Of a DNA stretch of 64,000 bases, positions 1 through 10,446 are shown in pieces. Position numbers and translations under genes: made by a program. Numbering within the stretch: position 1 is the first letter of the stretch; each line of letters opens with the position of its first letter. The DNA lies in the IMG/VR virus record IMGVR_UViG_3300009104_001210, positions 124,001 to 188,000 of that record. One strand, written 5' to 3'. The notes under the pieces were generated by a model. The model saw nothing but the letters and a program-made list of their open reading frames with translations, had not been told where the DNA came from and did not search any database.

Positions 1-14
1 TAGTTACTTTTTTA

Positions 15-593
15 TTGGATCATAAGAGAAAAGATGATGAGATAGTTATAACTTATGATTCCAATAATGGTAATGAAGAAGTAGAGGATTATCTTAGATA
101 TAATCATATTAATGCAGGTCCTTGTGAACCTGGCTATGATATTCAATTTGTTTGGGAAGGTTTTGAGTTTAAAGGAAACTTTTCAGATTTAAAAAATCAT
201 ACGAAATCAATGTGTAGTGGAGATTATATATTTCATTTAGACGCAGATGAATATCCACATGAAATATTAATGGAACAATTACCAAGTATAATAGAAATGA
301 ATGATGTAGATTTAATATGGGTGCCAAGAGTAAATACAGTAACAGGTATTAATGATGAATGGATACAAAAGTGGGGTTGGAGAGTTAGTGAAAAAGGTTG
401 GGTAAATTATCCTGATTACCAAGCAAGAGTTTTTATAAATAAAGAGGATATTAAATGGAAAGGAAAAGTACATGAGGTTATAGGTGGATGTAAAACATAT
501 GCACATTTACCACCACATGAAGAGTTATCATTATATCATCCTAAAACAATAGAGAAACAGATAAAACAGAATGAACTTTACCAAAGTTTATGA
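15..593 (+). CDS. Glycosyltransferase family 2-like protein
   Basis: DYIFHLDADE DxD motif, PDYQAR and WKGKVHE segments typical of GT2 beta-glucosyltransferase-like proteins; true start uncertain. Confidence 0.7.
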   Translation: MDHKRKDDEIVITYDSNNGNEEVEDYLRYNHINAGPCEPGYDIQFVWEGFEFKGNFSDLKNHTKSMCSGDYIFHLDADEYPHEILMEQLPSIIEMNDVDLIWVPRVNTVTGINDEWIQKWGWRVSEKGWVNYPDYQARVFINKEDIKWKGKVHEVIGGCKTYAHLPPHEELSLYHPKTIEKQIKQNELYQSL

Positions 594-2121
594 ATTTGAA
601 TCTTTAATCGGAGATACTTATGGTGTTTTCAAATATGAAGATTTAGATTTTAATAGTTACAAACAAGTCAAACATAAAGATAGTCGTTGGGGAGAAGAAA
701 ATCACAATAGAACTATCTATCAGACAGATGAATACTTTGTCAAAGTATGGGATGAAGATTATATCAGAGCAAACACATTACAAAGTGCATTCGCAAGTGG
801 TTTTTATGACAGTACAATTGTACCAAATTTTGTTGGTATAATATATGATGAAAATGATATTTGTAGAGGTTATATAACTAAAGAATCTACACCATCAGAA
901 GAACATTTTGAAGAACTTTTCAAAAGAATAAAATTAAAAACTATAAATACTAATTACTTTACTTACGATTTTTGTAAAAACCACACATATGAATTTGAAG
1001 GAAAGCCAACTCTAATAGATTTAGAAGGAATATATCATATAGACGAGTACACTAATCTAAATAAACATCACTACGAAACTTATCTTTCAGCTGGAAATTT
1101 TATAGAGGATAATACTTATAAAACATTTATTGAAAACTTATTGATTACAGTACCAATCAACTTAGAATATTTTCTGAATATGGAGTTACAACATGGTAGT
1201 GGTGGTAAAGAGATTATACATAATGACAAACAAATCAAAACTGTAAGAGAAGCTTTAGAATATTTTTCGAATAAGAATAATGTAAAAGAAACTGAAAAGA
1301 AAGTTAATAAAGAAAATCATCAATATTGGAATGGTATGTGGGCTGAATTTAGAAATGATGTTCAAGGTCATCACGAAAGAGGTTGGGTGAATATGACTAA
1401 AGAATATTATGATTCTTTAGAACCAATGACTGATGAAGAAATAAAGATAACTTTGATTGATGATCCTGTTAATTTTGATGGTGGATGGATAAAACATAGT
1501 TATCATAGAGCAGTTGCTATGATTGGTAGATTAATTAATGGTAAAAAATATATTCCATTTCATATGCTGAAGCATAAGATTTATGAAACAAAGACAGGTA
1601 ATAAAAATTGTATAGATACGGTAGATTATATAAATTATATTGAAATGATGGATGTAATGGGATTTCCAAGAGAAGAGTATGCAATTTGTAATAGTGCTAT
1701 CTTAGCAGTTATGGGTGTTGATGCAAGAAAAAATAAGAATGGTGATTTAGATTTAGTCTTCAGTAGTAAGTTAAGAAAACAAATTGAAGATGAGAATATA
1801 GAGTTACCAAAAGAGATACATCCATTTGGTAAAGATAGTGATAAGTTTAGATTCTTTGGTTGTAAGGATGATGATGATTTGGTATATAACTATAGTGTAA
1901 ACATTAATGGATATAATTTCGCAGAACCAAGATTCTATTTTAGTAGAATGCATATGTTAAAACCATCAGCACATAGAAGTTTAGAAGAGAATAGAAAGAT
2001 AAAAGAAGAAGGTAAAAAAGGTGTTGAAAAATTTATTGAAATGGAAAGTTACAAAGGTTATCCGTTTAATGAAATAACTGAAGAACAATGGGGATTTGAT
2101 TTGATAAAGGATGTTGGATAA
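571..2121 (+). CDS. Multidomain protein: kinase-like N-terminus, ParB/Srx-like middle, nucleotidyltransferase-like C-terminus
   Basis: YFVKVWD...TLIDLE (kinase-like), HSYHRAVAM (ParB-like), NSAILAVMG..GDLDLV (NTase-like). Confidence 0.4.
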   Translation: MNFTKVYEFESLIGDTYGVFKYEDLDFNSYKQVKHKDSRWGEENHNRTIYQTDEYFVKVWDEDYIRANTLQSAFASGFYDSTIVPNFVGIIYDENDICRGYITKESTPSEEHFEELFKRIKLKTINTNYFTYDFCKNHTYEFEGKPTLIDLEGIYHIDEYTNLNKHHYETYLSAGNFIEDNTYKTFIENLLITVPINLEYFLNMELQHGSGGKEIIHNDKQIKTVREALEYFSNKNNVKETEKKVNKENHQYWNGMWAEFRNDVQGHHERGWVNMTKEYYDSLEPMTDEEIKITLIDDPVNFDGGWIKHSYHRAVAMIGRLINGKKYIPFHMLKHKIYETKTGNKNCIDTVDYINYIEMMDVMGFPREEYAICNSAILAVMGVDARKNKNGDLDLVFSSKLRKQIEDENIELPKEIHPFGKDSDKFRFFGCKDDDDLVYNYSVNINGYNFAEPRFYFSRMHMLKPSAHRSLEENRKIKEEGKKGVEKFIEMESYKGYPFNEITEEQWGFDLIKDVG

Positions 2122-2927
2122 TGTTATATATACTTACAGTACATTTCAATGATAAGTGGATAGATATTCAGAAAAGACAATTAGAAAGATTTATATCAGA
2201 ACCATATAAAGTTTATACAAGATTGGGTGATGGAGTAAAACAAGGTACTACTACAGTAAATTATGAAAAGAATAAACATAAGTTCGACGGTGCTATACCA
2301 GGAGCAGGACACGTGTCTGAATCATTTGGTAAAATTATAGATTATATAACAAAGAATGAAGAAATAAAATCAACTGATAAGATACTATTGTTGGATTCAG
2401 ATGCTTTTCCAATAGTATCCATATCAGATTTTATGAATGAGAAGTTAAAAGAGTATCCATTTATAGCAGTACAAGAACCAATGCACGAGTGGGATAGAAA
2501 CCCATTGTATATAGTACCACACTATTGCTTTATGATGTTTAAAGCTAAACATATTTTAGAGGATAACTTAACTGATCGTCTTAGAGAAATTATTGTAGAT
2601 AAAAATAGTAATTGGTGGTATGGAATTGTACAATGGTTAACAGAACGTGGATATGATTACTACCCATTAACAAGAAGTAATAAAGAAGATTTACATGAAT
2701 TATATTATGGAATTTATAATGATATGGTTTATCATCATTGGGCAGGCTCAAGGAATATGATTACAAGGCCAGATAGAATGAGAGCTCAACATTCGGGAGA
2801 GGATGTTGAAGATATAGCAAAAGAAAACCACGAAGTGTCAAATCAAGTTTTTGAGAGAGTATCAAGTGAAACAGATATAGATAATATGATGGCATATTTG
2901 AAAGGTGAGTATGAAGAGAATAACTAA
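2121..2927 (+). CDS. Putative GT-A fold glycosyltransferase
   Basis: ILLLDSDAF DxD motif; glycan cluster context. Confidence 0.5.
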   Translation: MLYILTVHFNDKWIDIQKRQLERFISEPYKVYTRLGDGVKQGTTTVNYEKNKHKFDGAIPGAGHVSESFGKIIDYITKNEEIKSTDKILLLDSDAFPIVSISDFMNEKLKEYPFIAVQEPMHEWDRNPLYIVPHYCFMMFKAKHILEDNLTDRLREIIVDKNSNWWYGIVQWLTERGYDYYPLTRSNKEDLHELYYGIYNDMVYHHWAGSRNMITRPDRMRAQHSGEDVEDIAKENHEVSNQVFERVSSETDIDNMMAYLKGEYEENN

Positions 2928-3318
2928 TATAGATACGTTATCAGCATACTTCGATAGACTGATAACAGAGAATATTAAGTTGTATTTCTTCAAGAAAGAG
3001 AAAGACTTACAGAAGATACACCATCAAGAGGTAGCAATTGATATGATTAGAGAAAAGATATCACAATTACTACAAGAGACTTTCGATACAGGCGAATATC
3101 AGTACGTTGGTGAGAAGAGAACTTTTGATTCAAGTTCTATCGTTGAAGAGTTAGAAGATTTAGTTACTAATGATATTCATATTGGTGAATCCGACAGAGC
3201 TAGACTTAGAATTACACAGATGGAAGAGAAAAGATTAAGAAAAGCAAATGAGGGTAGAGCTAAGAATAAGAATCAAATAGACATTTTGTTTAAGGATATG
3301 GTTGAGGTAAAAAAATGA
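2911..3318 (+). CDS. Hypothetical helical protein, paralogue of 7506-7916
   Basis: TLSAYFDRLITENIKL resembles TLGELIDRLSIHQLK; ATG at 2911 after GGTGAG. Confidence 0.5.
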   Translation: MKRITNIDTLSAYFDRLITENIKLYFFKKEKDLQKIHHQEVAIDMIREKISQLLQETFDTGEYQYVGEKRTFDSSSIVEELEDLVTNDIHIGESDRARLRITQMEEKRLRKANEGRAKNKNQIDILFKDMVEVKK

Positions 3319-4313
3319 ATATATTAATCACAGGTGTAGCAGGTTTACTTGGTTCAAGATTAGCAGATTGGATACAAAAGAATACAGAACATACTGTTAT
3401 TGGTATTGATGACATGAGTGGTGGTTATAAAGAAAATGTACCAGCAGGTGTTATAATGTATGAATTAAATTTATGTACACAAGAATATGTTGAAAAAGTA
3501 TTCATGGAAGAAGATATTGATATAGTTTATCATTTCGCAGCATATGCAGCAGAAGGTTTAAGTCCATTTATTAGAAATTATAATTATAAAAATAATTTAT
3601 TAGCATCAGCTAATTTAATTACTTGTTCAATAAAGTATGATGTAAAAAGATTTGTTTTTGCAAGTTCTATGTCAGTATATGGTAATATATATGAACCACC
3701 ATTTGATGAAGATATGCCACCTCAACCAATGGATCCATATGGTATTGCAAAGTTTTCAGTCGAACAAGATTTAAGAGTTGCTTATGATCAACACAGGCTA
3801 CCTTACACTATAGTTAGACCACATAACTTTTATGGTAGAAATCAAAACATATGGGACAAGTACAGAAATGTATTAGGTATATGGATGTGGCAAATATTAA
3901 ATGGTTATTCACCAACAATATTTGGTGATGGTTCTCAAGTTAGAGCATTCAGTTATGTAGATGATTCATTAGAACCATTTTGGAAGGCTTCACAAAAAGA
4001 TGAATGTATTGGTGAGATAATTAATCTTGGTGGAATAAATGAATATACAATACAAGAAGCTTGTGATATTTTATTAGAAGTTACAGAAACAGATTTACAG
4101 CCAGACTATTATGAGATGAGACATGAAGCACACTATGCTTATTCTACATATGAAAAGTCAGTTAAGATGTTAGATTTTAGACATTTAACAGATTTGGATA
4201 AAGGATTAGTTAAAATGTGGGAGTGGGCTAAACAACAACCAAATAGAGATAGATTTATTTGGGAGAATTATGAATTAGAAAAAGGAATTTATTCCTATTG
4301 GAAAAATGATTAA
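3315..4313 (+). CDS. NAD-dependent epimerase/dehydratase (extended SDR, GalE-like)
   Basis: GVAGLLG Rossmann motif, YGIAK catalytic YxxxK, RPHNFYG. Confidence 0.9.
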   Translation: MNILITGVAGLLGSRLADWIQKNTEHTVIGIDDMSGGYKENVPAGVIMYELNLCTQEYVEKVFMEEDIDIVYHFAAYAAEGLSPFIRNYNYKNNLLASANLITCSIKYDVKRFVFASSMSVYGNIYEPPFDEDMPPQPMDPYGIAKFSVEQDLRVAYDQHRLPYTIVRPHNFYGRNQNIWDKYRNVLGIWMWQILNGYSPTIFGDGSQVRAFSYVDDSLEPFWKASQKDECIGEIINLGGINEYTIQEACDILLEVTETDLQPDYYEMRHEAHYAYSTYEKSVKMLDFRHLTDLDKGLVKMWEWAKQQPNRDRFIWENYELEKGIYSYWKND

Positions 4314-4830
4314 TAGATATCGTGGTCATTGTTATAGTAAATTAAAATTTAAATCTACTTGTAGAGAAAGATTATTCAGATATGCTACAGAAGTAGATGA
4401 TTGGAGTGCAGATATAGGTGATAAAGGTAAAACATTTTTACAAAAGAGAGTGCCAATTGAACTTATAGAAGATGATTCCGTTGTAGCATATTTAGAAAAA
4501 ACAAGAGAAGATAGATTTAGAGATAGTAAGTTTGGTGCTATACGAATTTATAAGATGGAAGCAAATACATTCTATAGATATCATCGTGATAATAATAGAA
4601 TGTGTTCTGTAAATATGTTATTGAATGAAGATTGTGAAAGTCTTACATTTTTTAATGTTGGTGAGTTTAGAGAGAACCAAACACATATTTTTAATTTAAA
4701 TTATGAGTTAGATACATACTATTTATTGAATATACAAGTTCCTCATGCAGTTGTGAATTTAAATCAAGATAGATATATGTTAACTATTGGACTTGGTCAG
4801 ACATATGAGGAAGTAACAAAAATATTATAA
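4306..4830 (+). CDS. Cupin/2OG-Fe(II) oxygenase-like protein
   Basis: YRYHRD HxD motif and distal PHAVVN His. Confidence 0.55.
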   Translation: MINRYRGHCYSKLKFKSTCRERLFRYATEVDDWSADIGDKGKTFLQKRVPIELIEDDSVVAYLEKTREDRFRDSKFGAIRIYKMEANTFYRYHRDNNRMCSVNMLLNEDCESLTFFNVGEFRENQTHIFNLNYELDTYYLLNIQVPHAVVNLNQDRYMLTIGLGQTYEEVTKIL

Positions 4831-5780
4831 TGAAAAAGATAGTTATAGCACCAATCTTTAACGATACACATCTTGTAAAGTTACAGATACCAAACATAAT
4901 TAAATCAATTAATCCAGATTATATCTTATACAATGAGGGTATGTTCCCAAGTGGTCCAGAAAGTAGTACTTATGTTAATGATCACTTTCTAAGGACTTAT
5001 ACTTTAGATGGTAAGAGAGGATTTGATTATGAAGAACTTCAAGATGTTATTTCAGATGCACAAAAGGAATATAAAGATACAAAGATAATGTTGAATCCTA
5101 TGGATTATATGTCTACAGACGCACCAACTAACTATTATGTAGGTTGTAAGAACTTTAAAGATTTTGGAGTGGAAGTTGAAGAGGGTGATTTAATATTTCC
5201 ATATGAAGGAGATGTATTTCATCATGAAGATGATGCTCAAATGATAGAAGAGGCATGTAATAAGTTAGAACCAAATCAAGGATTGAAAACTATTTGGGTT
5301 GACTTTATAGTAAATCAGTATTATGCAGAAGAGAAGACATTAAAACCATTTTTTAAAGCAGAGGTTGGTAGACAGAGACGATTTGTTATAAAGTATGGTA
5401 CTGCTAGTTTTTATCAAGATGTTTTGTTAAACTTTATGACACAAAAGTATCCTATGTTAGAAGACTTAGAAATGATAACTTATCATTATGCTTGGTTCAG
5501 ACCTGGTAAGTATGCTGAGATGAGAATGCACCAATTGAATAGAGATCATAACTATTGGAGTTTCTTTCAAGAAGCATTAAAACAAATAGCGGCATTTAAT
5601 TATAAAAGGATAAGAATTAGACCAAATCCACCTCTCGACCCAAAGTTAACTCATGCTTGGATAAGGTTTTGTGATTTCGACCATCCTGAGGATATTAAAT
5701 CACATTCAAATTATTGTGAAATATTAGATGAAGAAGTAGTAGATAGAATTATAAAAGAAGAAAAAGAGTTTTATGGCTAA
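4830..5780 (+). CDS. Putative glycosyltransferase-like protein
   Basis: FPYEGDVFH, HYAWFR motifs; cluster context. Confidence 0.4.
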   Translation: MKKIVIAPIFNDTHLVKLQIPNIIKSINPDYILYNEGMFPSGPESSTYVNDHFLRTYTLDGKRGFDYEELQDVISDAQKEYKDTKIMLNPMDYMSTDAPTNYYVGCKNFKDFGVEVEEGDLIFPYEGDVFHHEDDAQMIEEACNKLEPNQGLKTIWVDFIVNQYYAEEKTLKPFFKAEVGRQRRFVIKYGTASFYQDVLLNFMTQKYPMLEDLEMITYHYAWFRPGKYAEMRMHQLNRDHNYWSFFQEALKQIAAFNYKRIRIRPNPPLDPKLTHAWIRFCDFDHPEDIKSHSNYCEILDEEVVDRIIKEEKEFYG

Positions 5781-6531
5781 AAATATTATATTCATTCCAT
5801 GTGTTCCATCCAAACACTTATCAGACGTAGATGATTATAAGGACTATTCACTAAATACTTGGAAACATTATGCACATAGAATTGGTGCAGAGTTGATGAT
5901 AATGGATACGCCATTAAGAGATCCTGATATGATGAAAATATGTTGGCAAAGATGGTATGTTCATGATATATTAGAAAGTAATGATATAGAATATGATAAT
6001 ATCTTTATGGTGGATGTAGATACTATGGTTAGGTGGGATGCACCTGATATATTTGAAAGGTATTCTAATGATAAGTTAAGAGCTTGTGTTGATAATGATA
6101 ATTTAGGTTGGTTGAAGGCAAGTATAGAAGGATACCAACATATGTTTACTGGTGTTGAATTAGATTGGGAAACTTATTTTAATTGTGGTGCAATACTAAT
6201 GAGTAAGAAACATAAGGATTTGTGTAAAGAGATTACTACTTTTTATGAAGAGAATGAATCACACTTATTGGATTTACAACATAATACTTTAAAGAAAGGT
6301 TCAGATCAAACACCTGTAAATTATATATTGAATGGTGATAAATGGAAATATGAACTATTACCAAAGAAGTGGAATTTAACCCACATGAATAGAAAAGAAG
6401 TATTACATGATTTTTTATTTACAGATATTGCTTGGGTGTGGCATTTTAATGGGTTTGATAAAGCATTAAGAAAACAAGTTATGTATTCTTTTTGGGATTA
6501 TTATAGAGGAAATTATGAAATTAAAAAATAA
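5773..6531 (+). CDS. GT8/GT34-like nucleotide-diphospho-sugar transferase
   Basis: MVDVDT DxD, YFNCG, SDQTPVN, WHFNG. Confidence 0.75.
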   Translation: MAKNIIFIPCVPSKHLSDVDDYKDYSLNTWKHYAHRIGAELMIMDTPLRDPDMMKICWQRWYVHDILESNDIEYDNIFMVDVDTMVRWDAPDIFERYSNDKLRACVDNDNLGWLKASIEGYQHMFTGVELDWETYFNCGAILMSKKHKDLCKEITTFYEENESHLLDLQHNTLKKGSDQTPVNYILNGDKWKYELLPKKWNLTHMNRKEVLHDFLFTDIAWVWHFNGFDKALRKQVMYSFWDYYRGNYEIKK

Positions 6532-7516
6532 ATATGTTATTGGAACTCATGTTATGTTCTATGAGATAGATATGATAGAAGAGTTTATAGAAAGTTGTGC
6601 TAATGCACTTGATGGAATAGATAATCCTGAGAATGTTACTTTCGATTTTTGTTTGAATTTATCTCAGTATTTTGAGAAGTTTGATACTGATACAAGAAGA
6701 GTTGAGATAATATCTAAATGGCATGAAATTATAAATACCTTAGATGAAATAGGTGTAGAGGTAGATACAGATTACTATGAGAATGATGATAAACCATATT
6801 GTATTGGTGATTATCGTAGAGATTTAAATAGCAAATATTGCATGGATAATGATTTTGTTATTTGGGGAGAATCAGATTGTTTACTACCAAGAGAGTTATT
6901 TGTATGTTTAGAAGAGGTTAGTAGATATGCAGAATCACAAAACATAAATAAATACATTACAACTTTTGGTGTAAGAAAAATGTGGGATGATAGCTGGGCT
7001 ATGTTACAACATCCTAAGTTTGATGATGCTACATACCATGAAATGCACCATGATACATGGCAAGACGATCCTTCAAGTATTTGGTATACAATGAGTAAGG
7101 AAGAAATGTATGAAATCAACGATGAATCTGAAGATATAGAATTGATTACACTCAACTCACCAAGATTTGATGGAAGTGGATTGGTTATATCTACAGACTT
7201 AATCAAAAATGGTTGTAATGTTCCGCATGGTGTTTGGTCATGTGGGGAAGATACTGCATTTCAGAATATAGTTAAAAGAATTATGGGTAGTGCTTATACT
7301 CAATTTGTGGTTAGAAATATACTTAAAGTTCATAATAGAAATCACCCAAAGAAGAGAGAGTATGTTAAAGGTGAAGAGAATATGAAAACAAACAAAGAAA
7401 AGAGAAAGTCTAATGAAAGGTGGATGAAAAACCATGAGACTTGTCAGTATAATTTAGACAATGTGTTAGGTCAAAATCAGAATAAATTTAGGAAAATAGG
7501 AGAAGATGATGGCTAA
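6515..7516 (+). CDS. GT-A fold glycosyltransferase-like protein
   Basis: IWGESDCL, CGEDTAF motifs. Confidence 0.5.
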   Translation: MKLKNKYVIGTHVMFYEIDMIEEFIESCANALDGIDNPENVTFDFCLNLSQYFEKFDTDTRRVEIISKWHEIINTLDEIGVEVDTDYYENDDKPYCIGDYRRDLNSKYCMDNDFVIWGESDCLLPRELFVCLEEVSRYAESQNINKYITTFGVRKMWDDSWAMLQHPKFDDATYHEMHHDTWQDDPSSIWYTMSKEEMYEINDESEDIELITLNSPRFDGSGLVISTDLIKNGCNVPHGVWSCGEDTAFQNIVKRIMGSAYTQFVVRNILKVHNRNHPKKREYVKGEENMKTNKEKRKSNERWMKNHETCQYNLDNVLGQNQNKFRKIGEDDG

Positions 7517-7916
7517 ACAGAGGAAGTGGCTACCAACATTAGGAGAATTAATAGATAGACTTAGTATACATCAGTTGAAGGAAGTTTTTATACCTGAAAA
7601 TAAAGATAACTATGCAAAAGAGATGAATGATATGGTTCATGATATTGATATGATACTTAAAGAACATAAAGGTGAAATAACAGGAGAAGTTATCAGAGCT
7701 ATAGTTGTATTATCACAAATGAATCTACATATTTGGCATAACGAATCACAAGTTAGACAAGGTAAAAAAGGTACAGATAATCTTATGTTAACTCATGGAT
7801 TAAATGGAATTAGAAATACTGCTATTAATAAGATTATGGAAGTAGTTGGTGGAAGAAAAGATTTCAAGGTTGATTGTATCGCATCTGATTTTAAAGATTG
7901 GGAAGTATCATGGTAA
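7506..7916 (+). CDS. Hypothetical protein (LGELIDRLSI family)
   Basis: Intact coupled ORF; paralogue of 2911-3318. Confidence 0.55.
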   Translation: MMAKQRKWLPTLGELIDRLSIHQLKEVFIPENKDNYAKEMNDMVHDIDMILKEHKGEITGEVIRAIVVLSQMNLHIWHNESQVRQGKKGTDNLMLTHGLNGIRNTAINKIMEVVGGRKDFKVDCIASDFKDWEVSW

Positions 7917-9667
7917 AAGTTTCCATAATAGGAAAAGGTAAGTTTGGTAGTAAGATAGAAAATACTATTAAAGATATGGTTCAGTTTGTAGAACCAAATG
8001 ATGCAGATTGGATTATTATATCTACACCAAATGATTTACACGCTGAACACGTAGAGTATTGGTTAACTCAAAGAAAGAATGTATTCTGTGAAAAACCATT
8101 AGCACTTTCTAAAAGAACTGCTGAAGGATTATTTTCTCTTGCTGATTTCTTTAGTGTTAGACTCTATGTTGATGATGTACTTTATTGGATTAAAGAGTTG
8201 AATATAGATGTAGAAGGTAATACAAGTTGGAATTGGAAGAAGTATGGTTCTTTTAATGCAAATATTATTGATAATTTGGCATATCATGATTTTTATATGT
8301 GGGTCGGTTCAGATGACTTTGAAATAAAAGATGTGAAAGTACCACAATATAGTAGGAATGGTATGTATGTTAACATTACTTTAGAAGATGGTAGAACCGC
8401 TATATTTGAATACGATATATTAAGTGATGATTATTCACATACAGTACATGATGGTTGGAATGAAACTACATTAGAATATTCAGAAGATAGTGCATTAAAA
8501 GATATGTTTGGTTGTGTATTAGTTGATGAAGTGAGATGGCCAGGTGGTGGAGGACCAACTATTAACTATGAAGATAATAGGAAAAGAACTTTAAACGCAA
8601 TTAAACTATGTGAAGCAGTAAAGAAAGAGGCTCTTCCAAAAGTATTAGTAGTGGGTGGTGGAATATTTGGAACGACAGCAAGTGTGGCATTAGCAACATC
8701 AGGTTTCAATGTAACTTTACACGAAGAGTTAAGTGGTATAATGAAATGCGCTTCAGACATAAACCAATACAGGTTACATAGAGGATACCACTATCCAAGA
8801 AGTAAACAGACTGCACAAGAATGTTTAGATGGATTGAAATCGTTTAAGAGAAAGTATGGAGATAGTGTAGTCAACGGAGATGGTGTAAATCATTTTTATG
8901 CTATATCATCTCGTGATTCATTGGTATCAAGTGAAGATTATATAAAGTTTGTAAAAGAAATGGGATTAGATTATAATATATGTGAACCATTTCTTGGAAC
9001 AGATTTAACTATTGAAGTAGATGAAGAATTATTCGATAGTGAGAAACTTAGAGTACAAGTTACACAGAAGATGAAAGGTGCTGGTGTCAATGTAGTTCTC
9101 AACAAACATACTACAAAAGAAGACTTTGATGATTATGATTATGTTGTGATTGCTACATACTCAAAGTTAAATGAGTTGTTGGATGATAAGATACAATATC
9201 AGTATGAAGTGATTGAGAAACCTGTAGTTAAGTTGCCAGAGTGGTATAAAAATAAAAGTGTAGTTGTAATGGATGGTCCCTTTATGTGTTTCGATCCATA
9301 TAAAGATGGATATCATGTTTTGGGTCATGTTGAACACGCAATACATTCTACTAATGTGGGGGATTATCCAATGGTGTTAAATAAACATATTGTTGGGTAT
9401 TTAAACAATGGTATTATTCATAATCCAAAGGTTACTAAGATACAAAAGTTTATAGATGCTGGTATGGAGTATTTCGAAGATTTTGATAAGTTGGAACATA
9501 TTGGTTCTATGTTTACTGTTAGAACTGTATTGGCACATAGAGACCACGATGATGCAAGACCAACTATTGTTACACAAGAGAATGATAAGGTTTATACTAT
9601 ATTTTCAGGTAAGATAGGTACTTGTGTTCAAGCAGCTAATGAGTTAGTGGAAGAGTTAAGAAAATGA
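7910..9667 (+). CDS. Fusion: Gfo/Idh/MocA oxidoreductase + FAD-dependent (DAO-like) oxidoreductase
   Basis: IGKGKFG and FCEKP in N-half; VVGGGIFG FAD-binding motif and RLHRGYHYPRS in C-half. Confidence 0.8.
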   Translation: MVKVSIIGKGKFGSKIENTIKDMVQFVEPNDADWIIISTPNDLHAEHVEYWLTQRKNVFCEKPLALSKRTAEGLFSLADFFSVRLYVDDVLYWIKELNIDVEGNTSWNWKKYGSFNANIIDNLAYHDFYMWVGSDDFEIKDVKVPQYSRNGMYVNITLEDGRTAIFEYDILSDDYSHTVHDGWNETTLEYSEDSALKDMFGCVLVDEVRWPGGGGPTINYEDNRKRTLNAIKLCEAVKKEALPKVLVVGGGIFGTTASVALATSGFNVTLHEELSGIMKCASDINQYRLHRGYHYPRSKQTAQECLDGLKSFKRKYGDSVVNGDGVNHFYAISSRDSLVSSEDYIKFVKEMGLDYNICEPFLGTDLTIEVDEELFDSEKLRVQVTQKMKGAGVNVVLNKHTTKEDFDDYDYVVIATYSKLNELLDDKIQYQYEVIEKPVVKLPEWYKNKSVVVMDGPFMCFDPYKDGYHVLGHVEHAIHSTNVGDYPMVLNKHIVGYLNNGIIHNPKVTKIQKFIDAGMEYFEDFDKLEHIGSMFTVRTVLAHRDHDDARPTIVTQENDKVYTIFSGKIGTCVQAANELVEELRK

Positions 9668-10446
9668 AGAATGTGGTTTTCATACCAAACATTGATTTAG
9701 GAAATGGTAGGTCTACACCTTACCACTATTCAGTAAAGAGTTGGCAGAAGTGGTGTGATAAACACGATGTTGAATTATTAGAGTGGACTGATACAATTAT
9801 GGATCATAATAACTTCCCAATTATCTATCAGAGAGAATGGGTATTTGATATCATAGAACATAACGATATAGATTATGACCAAGTATTGATTATTGATGCA
9901 GATACTATAGTTCATCCTGATTGTCCTAACTTTTTTGAGAGAACTAACCACGAATATACTGCAGTAGTTAACAATGGTTGTTTCGAATGGGTTACACGAA
10001 GTATAAATGCTTGGGGTGAGTTTATGTTTCCTGATGTAGAGAAACCAAAGGTGTGGGAGTATTTTAATACAGGTTTTATTATAGCTAACAAGAAACATAA
10101 ACCATTTTTTAAAACAATACAAGAGTTTTATTTAGAGAATGTAGAACGACTGTATGAGATTAGGAATAACGAGAGGTATGAGAACTTAGCAATACCTGGA
10201 GTTGGTCAAACTTGTGTTAACTTTTTGGTAAAGAAACATAATATTAAAATGACTTATTTACCTGAAAGATTTAATTTAACAGACTTGTATAGAAAAGATA
10301 TGTTACATATCCCAGGTCAGAGTTGGTGGCCAGATAAACTTATTTATGAAGATACAGGTTATATATTTCATTTTAATGCTATACCACAAAACGATAGACA
10401 CGTAGAGTATTGGATGAAAAGAACTTATGAAGAGTGGTATAAATGA
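9664..10446 (+). CDS. GT8/GT34-like glycosyltransferase, paralogue of 5773-6531
   Basis: IIDADT, YFNTG, GQTCVN, FHFNA. Confidence 0.75.
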   Translation: MKNVVFIPNIDLGNGRSTPYHYSVKSWQKWCDKHDVELLEWTDTIMDHNNFPIIYQREWVFDIIEHNDIDYDQVLIIDADTIVHPDCPNFFERTNHEYTAVVNNGCFEWVTRSINAWGEFMFPDVEKPKVWEYFNTGFIIANKKHKPFFKTIQEFYLENVERLYEIRNNERYENLAIPGVGQTCVNFLVKKHNIKMTYLPERFNLTDLYRKDMLHIPGQSWWPDKLIYEDTGYIFHFNAIPQNDRHVEYWMKRTYEEWYK

